Positions 16,760 through 29,872 of a stretch of DNA of 64,000 nucleotides are shown here, piece by piece. Origin of the DNA: Tubiluchus corallicola (Eukaryota; Animalia; Priapulida); the NCBI GenBank assembly GCA_030141605.1, contig JAQGDQ010000358.1, positions 62,001-126,000 of the forward strand, read 5' to 3'. A program made the position numbers and the translations under genes. Under the pieces are notes generated by a model. That model was not told the origin of the DNA and did not search any database. It saw only the letters and a list, made by a program, of their open reading frames with translations. Within the stretch, counting starts at the first letter, position 1. Every line of letters begins with the position of its first letter.

Positions 16760-16890
16760 GTTTTCAATGCTTCCGTTTATGCAGTTTGGGTATGCGTTAT
16801 TCTTATTCTGCAGCTATTCCTAATGATTTTTTTCCGCAGGTCGAAAACGCATCTGCATACGCATCCGGATACTACGTAAACGCCACATTA
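16760..16890 (+). mobile_element. Partial copy of the MITE-like family also present at 47908-48112
   Basis: gttttcaatgcttcc(g/a)tttatgca ... tatgcgttattctt.ttctgcagc.attcc ... gcatacgcatcc.gat.ct..gtaaa.gcca is shared with 47973-48112. Confidence 0.6.
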
Positions 16891-17539
16891 GAGTTCCCAT
16901 ATCTCACAATACACTCATTTTTTGATCAGTTAGCATACAAATTAATTATTAATCGTAAAACAAAAGGACACAAATTTCAATGAAACACGATTTCAACTTT
17001 GATTATTTTGGGTAGGAAACACTGTTTTTCTTCAAATTACTTCATTATTACTTCTTCAAATTATTTCTTCAGTATTGATTAAGATTAGAATCTTGTTGAA
17101 AAAGATAAAAGGCTAAAGTACAACTGTGCAAGCAACCAAACCATTGCATATTTTGCCTGTAACATGTTGTAAACTGACTTAGTTGCATATAAAAATGGCA
17201 TTACTCGTAAAAGATGCCGCCAAATTTACTGTCATTTTTTGCTGCGTTGTTGTCACTGTCGTGGGTGAACTGTACTGGATTGCTGTTAGACTTCCGCTTC
17301 CGGTAAGAAAATGAATTACACCATTGGGCACTATAAAGCATTGTGTACATGTTGTTAAGAAATTATTAGCATTTCTGAAAATATTAGTAAATATCAATTT
17401 GGCAATGATCCTAAGAATTTTTATATCATTTTTATTAAAAAAACTCAATATTTCCAATGCACGCTACCAATCATATTCAGGTAACGATTTAACAATTAAG
17501 AATGTGAAATCTTTACGTTACTAAGTGTTTTGACTACTA

Positions 17540-18149
17540 ATGCGAAAATAACGCATTCCGCGGGTTTGTGAATCGACAGCTAGGAATATGCTGCAAATCT
17601 ACTAGACAAAGACATTTTACAAGCCTCCCAATCTTTTCCATATTTTATTATTACCTACTAACTATATCTGTAGCCACATGACCAAATGCCTAGGCTAATA
17701 TATGCAAAATCAGCCAAACTACCCGCAAAATACCTTAAAATAACACTGAAAAGGTAAAAAAGTTTTGCTATTATTCGTATTACTGGAAGTTCAGGGTGCC
17801 AAGTAGCCGAACGAAAATTATAGCCCGAACAAAATGTGTACATATGCGAAAATAACGCATTCCGCGGGTTTGTGAATCGACAGTTAGGAATATGCTGCAA
17901 ATCTACTAGACAAAGATATTTTACAAACCTCCCAATCTTTTCCATATTTTATTATTACCTACTAACTATATCTGTAGCCACATGACCAAATGCCTAGGCT
18001 AATATATGCAAAATCAGCCAAACTACCCGCAAAATACCTTAAAATAACACTGAAAAGGTAAAAAAGTTTTGCTATTATTCGTATTACTGGAAGTTCAGGG
18101 TGCCAAGTAGCCGAACGAAATTTACAGCCCGAACAAAATGTGTACATAT
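17540..18149. repeat. 304-bp direct tandem duplication (two near-identical copies)
   Basis: atgcgaaaataacgcattccgcggg starts at both 17540 and 17844. The copies differ by only a handful of substitutions and explain the duplicated spurious ORFs at 17658-17945 and 17962-18147. Confidence 0.95.
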
Positions 18150-18517
18150 AGTAGATAAATTCGCCTAAAATTCCATCAATAAAAGTGAGTAATATCAGTT
18201 TTCATAGGTCATTAGCTATAGTGGCTATTATTATGTGGCAAAGTCCACTAAATCCAACGACATGCCTTGTGGGTCAAAGGCAATTTCCTCATGCCTCTAG
18301 TTGAGTTTATTCCCCTGCACTCGTTAGCGTCATTCTCAAATAAGCCTAAGGTGGAAGGCCAAGTAGGAATTCAAAACACAATAAATCCTGTTTGAAAACC
18401 ACATTACTAATTCTACCAATAAGAACGTAGTTCGAAAGACTGGTTTTCGTGGTACATTTCAATTTGCATTGCCTTAACACGCTGAGACTACGTGAGTAAC
18501 AAAAATATTATTTAAGC

Positions 18518-21500
18518 ATGGATTTCTCGCCTTCACAGTTTTTGTTATTGATGTTTCTGCTAGCGTCGTCATGTGCTTTTATAACATACATCGAAGTTAG
18601 ATATCCTTTGGAGGTGAGTACTTTTTCTATAACCGTGTAAAATCTAGTACAGTACTATAATCGTTTACTCTTAAGTTAATCCAATAACACCGTATGGACA
18701 GGTTCCTATAATATGGCTGCTGTCCGAGCTGATATTATAATCGCAAACTAAACTTTACTGCAGTACATGTATTTTGAATTTTATTATTGAATAGCATCAC
18801 ATAATCGAGATGTATTCCGGTTAACTAAAACTGTTAAAGTGTGCATCTATTTTAGACAGTTTGCTAAAACGAAAATAAACTAACTGTTCTAAGCCACTGT
18901 ATGGTGCCCTGAGGCTATCTGAAGCTTTGTAACACTTATGCGGTACCGGTGCCAAAAGCCGAAGTGTCCACAATCCACATAAATTACGTAGTATAAAACA
19001 GGTGTACCACGAAGGGACAGCCAATGGAGTTTTGTCTTTTATTATATTCACATGTTAATAATAAACATTGCGTTGTAAATTGACAAAAAAGTAGAAAGGA
19101 TTAAAATTGCCTACTCTTATACAGATGCAATAGCAAGTTGGCTACTCTTATACAGTTCCTTAGTAGAGTGAGTACAAACTACACAACATTTTGGTCAAAG
19201 GTGCGTCTTGTTTTAATGTTATACCTCAGCAGCACGCCTAAGCAAAAGAATTTCACTATAACCATTATACCAACCATTTCAGTGTTGTACAGTTATAACT
19301 AATGAAAAATGCTTTGGACTGTTATACCGCTGTTTAGAAGAAATATGCTTGTTATAGCAAACGTAAAATAAAAGAAACAAAATTGTCTCATAGTCTAACG
19401 GTTCTGAAACTTCGGCATTATTTGTATCAAGCTTCTTGTCTATCATACCGTCTTGTTTAGAGCTAGAAAGATCTTATGTTTTCAGAAAGTCATTAAACTG
19501 ACTCTTTCATTATTCTCCTGGGGGTAGCGCTCTACTTGCGTCCCCGAATTTATCACCTGCTAAATGATTGTGAATAATTGATAATTTCAGGGCACTCCGT
19601 CTCCTCCCGGTGCTCCTTGGCCACAGCCGCAAATTTTTGAGTCAACGTCAACGATATATACGCTTGACGAAGACAGCTTCAGTTTTACTGCAAACATTCC
19701 AGATTGTGATATAGTAAGCCAGGCTTTTGAGAGATACAGGTGATTTTATGCACATGGTTTAGAATACACGAATAATGGGCTTAAACCATCATAATGCTAT
19801 AGTCTATTCTAATTTTCAAATAAAAACAAGAACATGATGTCAGAAAGCAGGATTTGCATTTCTGGTTTGCTATAGTTTAAGCTGCAAATTTGTAATACTT
19901 TGATTTTGCAAATTGGCAGCTACTGGTTTCTAGTAGACCTGAACTAGGTAGATCACCCGCTTTTCTTTTATAGAAATGAATACCTGTTAAGTTATTATTC
20001 ATAACTTTCTTTTTTTAAATTAAAATAGATAAATTTGTGTTTATCGAAAAAAGGCCTTCAAAACAATGTAGTATACCCTAGTGACGTTACTTTGACACCA
20101 CCAAAAAATGTTTGCCTGAAACAAGGTGTTATAGACATTTTCTTGAACACTATTTGTTTTAGCAATATAATATTTTTGGACCACGAGGGAAAATCTGAAC
20201 CAGGAAATACGAAGATTACCAAACTTAGTGTGACTATCAAATCAGAGGAGTGTGAGAAATATCCATACCATGATGCTGATGAATCTTGTGAGTAAACGTC
20301 AAAGTGGAGTCATTTTCAATACGCTGAAACTTATTTTCCCATGTCTGCTGCAAATGTGTAAAATAGACCTGATATACTCACAGCTTGTCAAATAATATAT
20401 GCAAGTTAACATTTTTTCAACTACATTTTTAGATAAACTCCAAATAAAAGAACCAACTTCGACTCTTGAAGCAGAAACTGTGTGGGGATTTTTGCGAGGT
20501 GAGTGCTGACAGGAAGTATACGCTGTACAATAACAATAAACCAATCAAAAATGTTTTCAGCTTCATACCACTGTTTAGGAGAATCGTGCAATGGAAATCT
20601 TGTATCAGTTATATTCTGCAAAATTGTATCTTACATTTTATACAATCAGAAGTGTAAAATTGTTCCCAATACTGGACAAAAGATACTAATGAGGGCTCAT
20701 TAATGGTCATCGCATACGCACCTCATACATAGAACGTAACTCCATGGAGATTTATTTTTCCATTAGAGTTACAATACAGCTTAGTTTACTTACAAAAAGA
20801 GAATAGAAGTGACGTGTAACTCTCATTTTTATAGGCATTGAAACATTTTCGCAGCTTATCTTTTTCTCTGATGAGACAGACAAATACGTAAGTCATCTAT
20901 AGTGTTTATTTGCACTATAATTCCAGCAATATATTTTACTTCTGAGTATCTTTGATAACTAATGAAGGTTGGTGTTTTAGACAAAAAATAACGGTATTTA
21001 GTTTTTATTACAGTTATTAGTTATAAAATTAAAGCGACAATTATGTTATGCTGCTAAATACAGAAAGAGTCGGCTCAGTACATTCAAGCTCCTGTAAATT
21101 AGCCTGCCTATTATACATTCATTTGTATACTCTGCAGTATCAAATCAACGCATCCTCAATCGAGGACTGGCCAAGGTTCAAATATCGTGGAATTATGCTG
21201 GACACAGCTCGCCATTTTGAGCCGATGTCAAGACTCAGGGCAAACCTTGTAAGACAATATTACCATTATTAGACCTAAATTAATATTACAAATTTATTTT
21301 AACGACAGAATTACTACACTAATTGTTTGGGATATTATAATCATAAATTCGTTATTATTTTAAAGGGTAATGTAAGATTTCAGCAATAATTGTTAACTTA
21401 CTCATTTTGATCATTATGTAAGTAAATTAACATGAACATACAGAATTTATTGTGCTTCTCTTTGCAAGTTAAAGCTTGACAACCCGTTCTTGATCTTTAT

Positions 21501-24500
21501 TCATGATCTTTATTCTTGATCTTTAAATTGTAACTAATGTTTAGTGAGGCTGCAGGTTAAGCCTTTCTGTTCGTTGGAGGGACGGTTGGTTTAAATGAAA
21601 CAAATAATAGAAGATAAAAGCACAGAGGTCTTTTTCAGTCATTTCGCGCAAGCTCACTTTTTCCTTACATTTTAGGATGCAATGTCATACAACAAATTCA
21701 ACGTCTTTCACTGGCATATTGTGGATGATCAATCATTTCCATACGAAAGCGTTACTTTTCCCGAGCTTTCAGAAAAGGTATACAAATACGCATGTCACGT
21801 TTCAGAAGGAAATTTGAAAAGCGTGAAAATATCTTAAAACGAATTTCCCAAACACTTCTTTATTTATGGACTAACCATCTTTTTTGTAACTTTTTTGTGA
21901 CCAAAACGTGTTTTTTGGAACGCGCATAATAATTATGGGTTTTTTGAAAGAAAATTAACCTTAAGATATTAACGACTTCCGCTAATTCAGCAATAATTCC
22001 ACTAAATGGCGAAAGCGTGGCAGTAATAGACATCATTTCTAACATCAAGCATACCTAGACTGTAAACAAAGAGGAAACGTTCTAACCTGGTGCCTTTTAA
22101 AGTAATTACTATCTGGAATCATTATTTTCACAAAGGAAAGTAAAATGTTTCTTAGCCCAAGAAAAAGAACAAAGCAGGATGGAAGCTCGTTTATTAACGG
22201 TCTATACACATCCTAGTGTTGCCAAGGAACAAGGACGCTCTGGCACTTCCCTGCCCCAACTTATAGAACTATTCTTCATAATTAGCTAGATTCTTGTCCT
22301 GCCTCAATTATTCAACATTATTGATAAGCTCTTCGTTGAACTTGGACACAGCATATTGAACATGGTGAAGGGTAGAAATCTTTCAGACTGTAATGACATT
22401 AAAAGCTATTAGTAACGTATGTTTGCTACTCTTAAACCAGCTGTTATAATTTTATTTTAACTGAACTGAACACATAAACATGCTACGATTTACAACATTG
22501 TTACTGAAATTAATTAAAATAAAATCTCTGATTCTCTGAAAGTTTTATCTATTAGGGAGCATATACTCAAAAGCACGTTTACAAACAAGAAAAGGTAGCC
22601 GAAATAATTGAATATGCCAGAGTTCGAGGTATTCGAGTGATTCCAGAGTTCGACACACCAGGTCACACTGTCTCCTGGGGGTTGTCTCATCCAGGTATAT
22701 ACTTTAGAGAAATTTCTACCTGCTAAATTTTTACTATATAAAGATTTATGCACGTTACCGTTTCTATTGTAAAAGCACGTATTCGTCAATTTTAATGAAG
22801 TACCTGTCCTATAAATTTAATACGTGCTAGTAAAAAATCGTCTACTCGTAAAAGTTATTCGCAAAAGTTTCATTTTATGACATCTATAAAGTCTTCAGTG
22901 GTACACTTAGTTGCTAAAAGGCTGTGAAAATCGTTAACTCACTCACATCGGTCATTTACCCGCTTTCAAAACATAATAAATTGCACGGCATACTTTGTTT
23001 AGTATTAAAAGTGAAATTTAGTCATTTGTTCTAAGAATTCAACGCATTTCATAAATTTCTCTCTATCGCATGCAATAGTAAATAGTAAGCTACACTACGT
23101 TTACTTTCAGAACTGATAACGCCATGTTATGGTGACGGCGTGAACCCTGGTACTCCTAACTACACTTGGCATGCCGCATACGAAATACTAAACCCAATTC
23201 TTAATACAACCTACGATTTTCTTGAAGATTTGTTCACCGAAGTTAAACAAAAGTTTCCAGACGATTATATGCATTTAGGAATGGACGAGGCATATCCTTA
23301 CTGTTGGTAAATTTGTTTGGACTGCCAAAAGATGTCAGTTATGTCTACATCACTGTATATGTGTCATCTATGTGTAAATACATCACTCTATATGTATCAT
23401 CACTGATCATCTGTATCATGTATGTTGATTCCGTCAACCCCAAACGTAGGCTACACCTGTTTACCCAAAATTGCTTATTTTAAAACAGGATGTCGAACCC
23501 AGATATAACTGAATTTATGGAACAGAATAATATAGAAGACTATGGCAAGCTTCAGGAGTACTACGTGGAAAGAGTTCTGGAAATCATGAAAAAATTAAGT
23601 GCTAAATACATCATTTGGCAAGATCCAATTGATGACGGTGCTCAGGTAATGCTCATATATTAGCTGATGAGTAAAATAACAAGATATTTACTATAATAAA
23701 CATTACATAGTGTAATAATACATGAATCTGCAATAGTCACATTTTGTGGAAATCTCACATTATCAAAAAGTCAAACATTGTACCGCAATCTACAATGATT
23801 TTTCAGATTTTGACGATACTCATTCAAAAACAATTTTATAGCAATGCTAAAATGAAACTTCTAATCCAGAGTACTAATAACTAAATCAATCGGCGTGTTA
23901 AGTATTGACAGATAAAATACCAATTTTTAATACAGTAGCATATTCTCTACGCAAGTCGCTGTTTTCATAGACATAATATTGAAAACAATAAGATCTATTT
24001 AGTAATATGACAAAATACTAAACACACAACCACTTACACTCGCAGACTTGCGTAGATACTACATTTTCACTCACCAGAACGCACACATCCACTCCGATAC
24101 TTTCACTCATTCATTTACTCTTGTGCACCCCATTCACTCTACGTAGAATTTACACATTACAATTACATGGAGGTGGTTTTGAAAGTTATTTGAAAGTTTT
24201 CAAGTCATTCCATAACCTCATATAGTTTAGGAGCTCATGCCAAAGTTTGGCACCCTCATATTTCGGTGAATATTTTCCATAACATGTGGCTCTACAACGA
24301 CTCATTTTGAACTAGATTTTGCCTTCTCAGGTTATAGGAGGGAAGAAGTTCTCACCTTGAAAAAATCCCTTATAAAGGGAGGTGCTATCTTATAACTTTA
24401 AATACTAACAGTACAATTCAGTTTTTTTTCTTGCAACAGACAACCTAGACAAGTTTGTCCGTTCCAATAGTGACTCATAGCTAGAAATGTAATCATTGAT

Positions 24501-25912
24501 TGTAAACGAACTCAAGTCCTCTATATTGAATATACTCAATTTTGTTCGTACACTGGACACCACAGAAATTTCAAACAAGAGAGTAATAATGAAAAATACT
24601 AAGTGTAAAGCATCTAAAACATTCATTCCCTGCTTTCCTACATACTATCTGAGACTAGTCATGGAAGTTTAAGCACTCGTCAATACTAAATCTTAGGAGT
24701 TTTACACATTTAACACATTCTGTGTTTTCTCCATAAATATTAAAACATGTCCGTTCAACAGAGTTTTTAATTACAATGGCCTGAAATTTTGAAGGGTTTT
24801 CCTCCATGCCATTCTGTGTAAACCATGCTATGGCTCCTTCTAAATTAGTCAAATGCTCCTTTAGGTCACTTTTACTTTTAGTAACTGACGAAATTGTGTT
24901 GTTTTCCGCATAGTTTGAAATTGTGGAATTTGTTCCGACACCAAAAACGTTATTGATGAACAAATTAAATATCACGGACCTAAAACTGATCCCTGGGATG
25001 TTACCTTATCAGTTAGCAGCCAATTACTGGTTTCTCTTGCAATTTTAATTAGTTAAAATCGCGAAGCTTTTTATAAAGGTAGTAAAACTCAATGGCACGT
25101 AAAAGCTATAACTCTAGTAACTTTATATGCTCAATGCTCTAGTTACACACTCTAGTCTAGTCAATTTTAGGCAGCGCCAGATACAGTGGTGGAAGTCTGG
25201 AAAAACTTAACTGACGTTCCAAGTGTTGCTCAACATGGTTACCAGATGATTCTGTCGGCTTGTTGGTACCTTAATTATATCTCTTACGGTCAAGACTGGA
25301 AGAACTATTATGAATGTGATCCACTCAACTGGAATGGTAAGCTACAACGAAACACCAAAATACTGTGTTACTGACATTATTATTGACTCTGATGTAGTTT
25401 GGCGAGGGACACATTGCACTGTAGAGCGTTACATACAAACGGTCCAGCGTGTGGTTTCTCTGCCGTCAACCGCCCGCCTTATCCAAATAGCCATAGCACC
25501 ATACAGCTACAATCGAAGTAGTTGGTACAGCCCGGGATAGAAAAGTGATGGTAGTGCTCAAAATGAGCCACACTCCATATAACTCTCTTACATCACTCCA
25601 CATTCTGCCAAAGCGGTGATTAGTTAATAGCCAATTTTCGTCACTGGCTGAAATACCATATGTGATAGATTTCACTGGCTCTCTCAAGCCAGCTTAGGCT
25701 TTCCTTCTCGCTAAATGCAGAGTAGCTCTGATTGGGCTAGTCTGCTCAAAGAAGCCAATTGGTCTGCAATGCCCTGAAAGCGCTCTCTTTTTTAATGATT
25801 TATTTGATCACTCTAACTACACCAGCCTTATGTGTTTTAACTGCCATATGTTTTAGCACATACTGTAATTATAAAACGTTTAAGAAAGCCTAGATAACCG
25901 CACAGTATAATA

Positions 25913-25949
<37 letters not shown>

Positions 25950-25974
25950 CGACGACGACGACGACGACGACGAC

Positions 25975-26040
<66 letters not shown>

Positions 26041-28322
26041 AATAATAATAATAATAATAATAACAAAGACAATAACAGTAATAATGGCAATATAACGCTT
26101 ATTTATCGTCACTGAAGGCATTACGGAGTCATTTTTTGGCCAGAAAAGTTGTGGTGACGCCTTAGACATTTTATTTATTATAGGTACTGAAGAAGAAAAG
26201 AAATTAATGATCGGAGGAGAAGCATGTTTGTGGCACGAGTATATAGATGGCACAAACATGCTACCGCTTTTATGGTAAGTGGTACAAGTCAGCCGGATTT
26301 TGCACAAGTGACGTTTAGAGAATTTCGACAGACGGATATTTCACTGCCGCTTTTGGTAGTTAAGTGGGACTATCTAGAGGAGAGACAAATATATTTCCGT
26401 CAAACGCTAATGAGCTATGATTGGACCAGTTCACTCAGAAAATCTCACTACTATTGACTCTAAACTCTACACCTTTAACTATAGAAATCTTAGATCAGAG
26501 ATCTACTTCTGATTAGTAAGTGAAGTCTAACAATCATCTCCTTAGTTCATCGCCTTATACCCTCCTACTACCCTGTTCTAGTGCCATAAATTTAGCTCAA
26601 GGACTCTGTTTTAGAAAGATTAACATTCTTATTAAGGAGGTATTATCAAGAAGGATTATCAATAAATTAAGACAGATGTTGTTATAGAAAAGCTAAAATT
26701 ATTGTCACACACAAAAGTTGCAAATAAGTAAGTAATATGTAATTATTAATAAACTTAACTAGTTTCACAATATAAACTGCATAATGAATACGCACAGAGA
26801 AACCTGAATGTGTGACATATATTAAATATTAAATTAAAAACAGTTTATTAAATGTTCTCTTCCATGTCAATGTAAAATGGCGTAGCACCAACAAGAAAAT
26901 ACTACTAGCGCACGGTATATAAACACAAACGAAATAGTCTTTAATGAATGAACAAATCTACAAATAAATGAACAATTGAACGGAAAACTAACAAAAATAA
27001 GACATAAATCCAATAAATGAAAGGCAAGCACCAAATAAATGCTAATCTTTTACAGACGTATTTGTTTTTAACTGATCAAAATCAACTGAGGCCCTAGCCC
27101 ATTAAAGAACATTTTATATCTCAAGAGTAATTCATTATTTTAATTTTGCAGGCCTAGGGCTTCAGCAGTAGCTGAAAGACTTTGGAGTGATATCACTGTA
27201 AATAACACAGACGATGCCATGTGGAGATTGGACGAGCATCGTTGTCGCATGTTAAAGTGAGTAAAACTCTCCATTCGTCAGTGGAGCAACCACCAGAAGA
27301 GCTCCATTTTCTCATGAGGAGACAATTCATCTTATAATAAGTAAACAGAGGCGGGCTGCTTCAACCTTACTAGAATCATTGCCGACTCGCCTAATTGCTA
27401 TTTTGAGGATTTTCCCCCCCGCTTTAGGATAAGAGGTTAGGCCTGTAAAGTATGTGTTCGTCCAAAGAAGGGTTATCCTCAAATGAAATTGTATAAATTG
27501 TAACTCTTTAACGAAAAGTAATTATAATTCCATCACTCCAGTTTTGCAGTGTATCTAAAGGTATTCTCAACATATTTGACACATCTTTTTTTGCCCATTT
27601 CTTTTATAGTAATAACAAAGAAAAACGGAACTCAACATAGAATCAAGTGAACAAACTCGTAACATAGAATCAAGTGAACAAACTCGTAACATAGAATCAA
27701 GTGACCAAATTTAAATATTCTTTGTAAGTTTATTGACGAGCACAATACAATATACAATACAATATACATAAAAAAATCACATATCACACAAAACCATCCC
27801 CACACTTGGGTATAATCGCCCCGTTGAAACAGTGAAAGAAGCAGTAGAGATTAAACAGTTTGCAACACTTACATATTTATAAAAATGATATAATTACAAT
27901 AATGTGCTATTGCTATCAATTGAATATGATTTTTTGTGATTAAGATTTCATTTTCCTTCTCTCAAAACAGTGTATAACATAATGTGAAACAAAATTTGTA
28001 AGTTCATAATCAATTCCATTTATCAAAAATATGATGTTTCCTGTCCTGTGAGATTCATAGTTTGAGAAAATTTCGTTGAAATGATAGTAACATAACAGAA
28101 ATATAGGCCTACACGCAAGTTTTTTAACTGTAGACTAAATTTTTTTACAGGCGAGGTATTCCTGCTAAGCCTATTCTTAATGGATTTTGTGGTGATTATG
28201 AAGAAGGCTGGGAAGAGGAGACACCTCCTGAACCATGCAATGGATATCGGGCATCGTTTTCTTACCTCTTAGCACTATTAACAATAGTGTTGTTTTTTCT
28301 GATATATCATCACGGGAAATAG
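18518..28322 (+). CDS. HEXB: Beta-N-acetylhexosaminidase (GH20, HEXA/HEXB-like), 14 coding exons, about 575 aa
   Basis: Exons 18518-18613, 19591-19739, 20163-20287, 20433-20498, 20835-20887, 21138-21248, 21676-21777, 22556-22694, 23111-23306, 23489-23645, 25171-25336, 26184-26274, 27152-27256, 28151-28322; all GT-AG and phase-compatible (1728 nt). Signal peptide, [85 protein letters not shown]. The symbol marks the family; alpha versus beta orthology is not resolvable. Confidence 0.95.
24190..25040 (-). mobile_element. Decayed non-LTR retrotransposon (CR1/L2-like) reverse transcriptase 3' fragment in hexosaminidase intron 10
   Basis: Minus strand reads ...[16 protein letters not shown]...NYAENNT (degenerate PQGSVLGP and YADD motifs), then [15 protein letters not shown] and [14 protein letters not shown]; interrupted by stops and frameshifts. 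The left boundary is approximate. Confidence 0.8.
25908..26063. repeat. Compound trinucleotide microsatellite (ATG)n(ACG)n(ATG)n(ATA)n
   Basis: Directly visible; source of the poly-I, poly-S and poly-M ORFs. Confidence 0.97.
27634..27705. repeat. 27-bp minisatellite, about 2.7 copies
   Basis: aacatagaatcaagtgaacaaactcgt at 27634 and 27661, partial at 27688. Confidence 0.9.
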
Positions 28323-28769
28323 TTGAATATGAAACAGTAAAAACATTTTGATTGCGTTCATTGCATAGTAATTATTACAACAAAATAAAAACTTAACAGA
28401 AAATAAAATAATGTTGTTATTATTATTATGAATCATCGTTTTTGCTTCGATCGTGGCAGAAGCAACCAAGTTTAGGCTTAAGGAGGCTTAGATAAAGAAT
28501 ACATGTTGACACAGAACTTTTGGACACTGGAACGTTTAGTCACGGGAGATTTGGCCATCATATAATTTTACATACAGGGGACTTGTCCAAAAAATAAATC
28601 TCGATAGTCCTCTAAGATGAGCCACTGAAACGCTTGAGGTGTCTCGCCCACATTATGAAGCAATATGTATACATGCTCCGTCCATGATACTGGGTAAAGA
28701 TAATTTGACTAACGTGAGAATTAGTGGCTAGTAGCTAAAATACCTCTTATATAATTAACAATAATGAAA

Positions 28770-29351
<582 letters not shown>

Positions 29352-29499
29352 TTTGATGAACCATTCACAAAGCTGCAAAGTTTTGTTGAGGTAACAAGAC
29401 TGAAGCTAGTTGATGTAATTAATGTGCACTTCAGTCTCAACCCCATCGAAGACGACAGTGTGGCTAAGATAAAAAAATGTATTTTGACTGACAGACATT

Positions 29500-29872
29500 T
29501 TTATTCCCCAATTTAAATACCCTAAACCTAATTCCAACATTAACCTTAATCCTGATCTTAATCCTAACCTTAATCCTAATCCGCTCCACGAACTAACTAG
29601 TTGTGTGTGGGGAATTGTAAACTTTAGACTTGTTAACTTTAACATAGTTGAAAAATCAATAGCAAAAAACAATAATGCGGAAAATTAAAATGATTTTTAC
29701 TGTGCGAAGCGTTCGAAGTGTTACAGTTGAATTGCATAGATTAAAAATTAGTTAAAATTACTGAAAGAAGTTTATAATTCCCCACACAATTTAAATGCCC
29801 TAACCCTAACCCCAACCATAATCCTTATCCACTTCAAGAGTAATTTCTTGATCGGAATTGTAAACTTTAGCC
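29500..29872. mobile_element. Two related small elements with inverted termini and internal CCCTAA/CCTTAA-like hexamers (MITE-like)
   Basis: attcccc..caatttaaat(a/g)ccctaa.cctaa ... ggaattgtaaactttag occurs at about 29503-29627 and 29769-29871; aagtttataattccccacaca is near-complementary to tgtgtggggaattgtaaactt. Confidence 0.55.

Noticed and set aside
25837-26307. Poly-Ile, poly-Ser and poly-Met ORFs (also the poly-Leu/Val/Ser ORFs at 29161-29516)
   Set aside because: They are translations of trinucleotide microsatellites in intronic or intergenic DNA.
27634-27705. 27-bp direct repeats resembling a CRISPR array
   Set aside because: The repeats are contiguous with no spacers, the context is a eukaryotic intron, and there are no cas genes.
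28609-28639. cctc-taagatgagccact-gaaacgctt-gagg resembling a minimal type I hammerhead
   Set aside because: It lacks the CUGANGA core and a pairable stem II.
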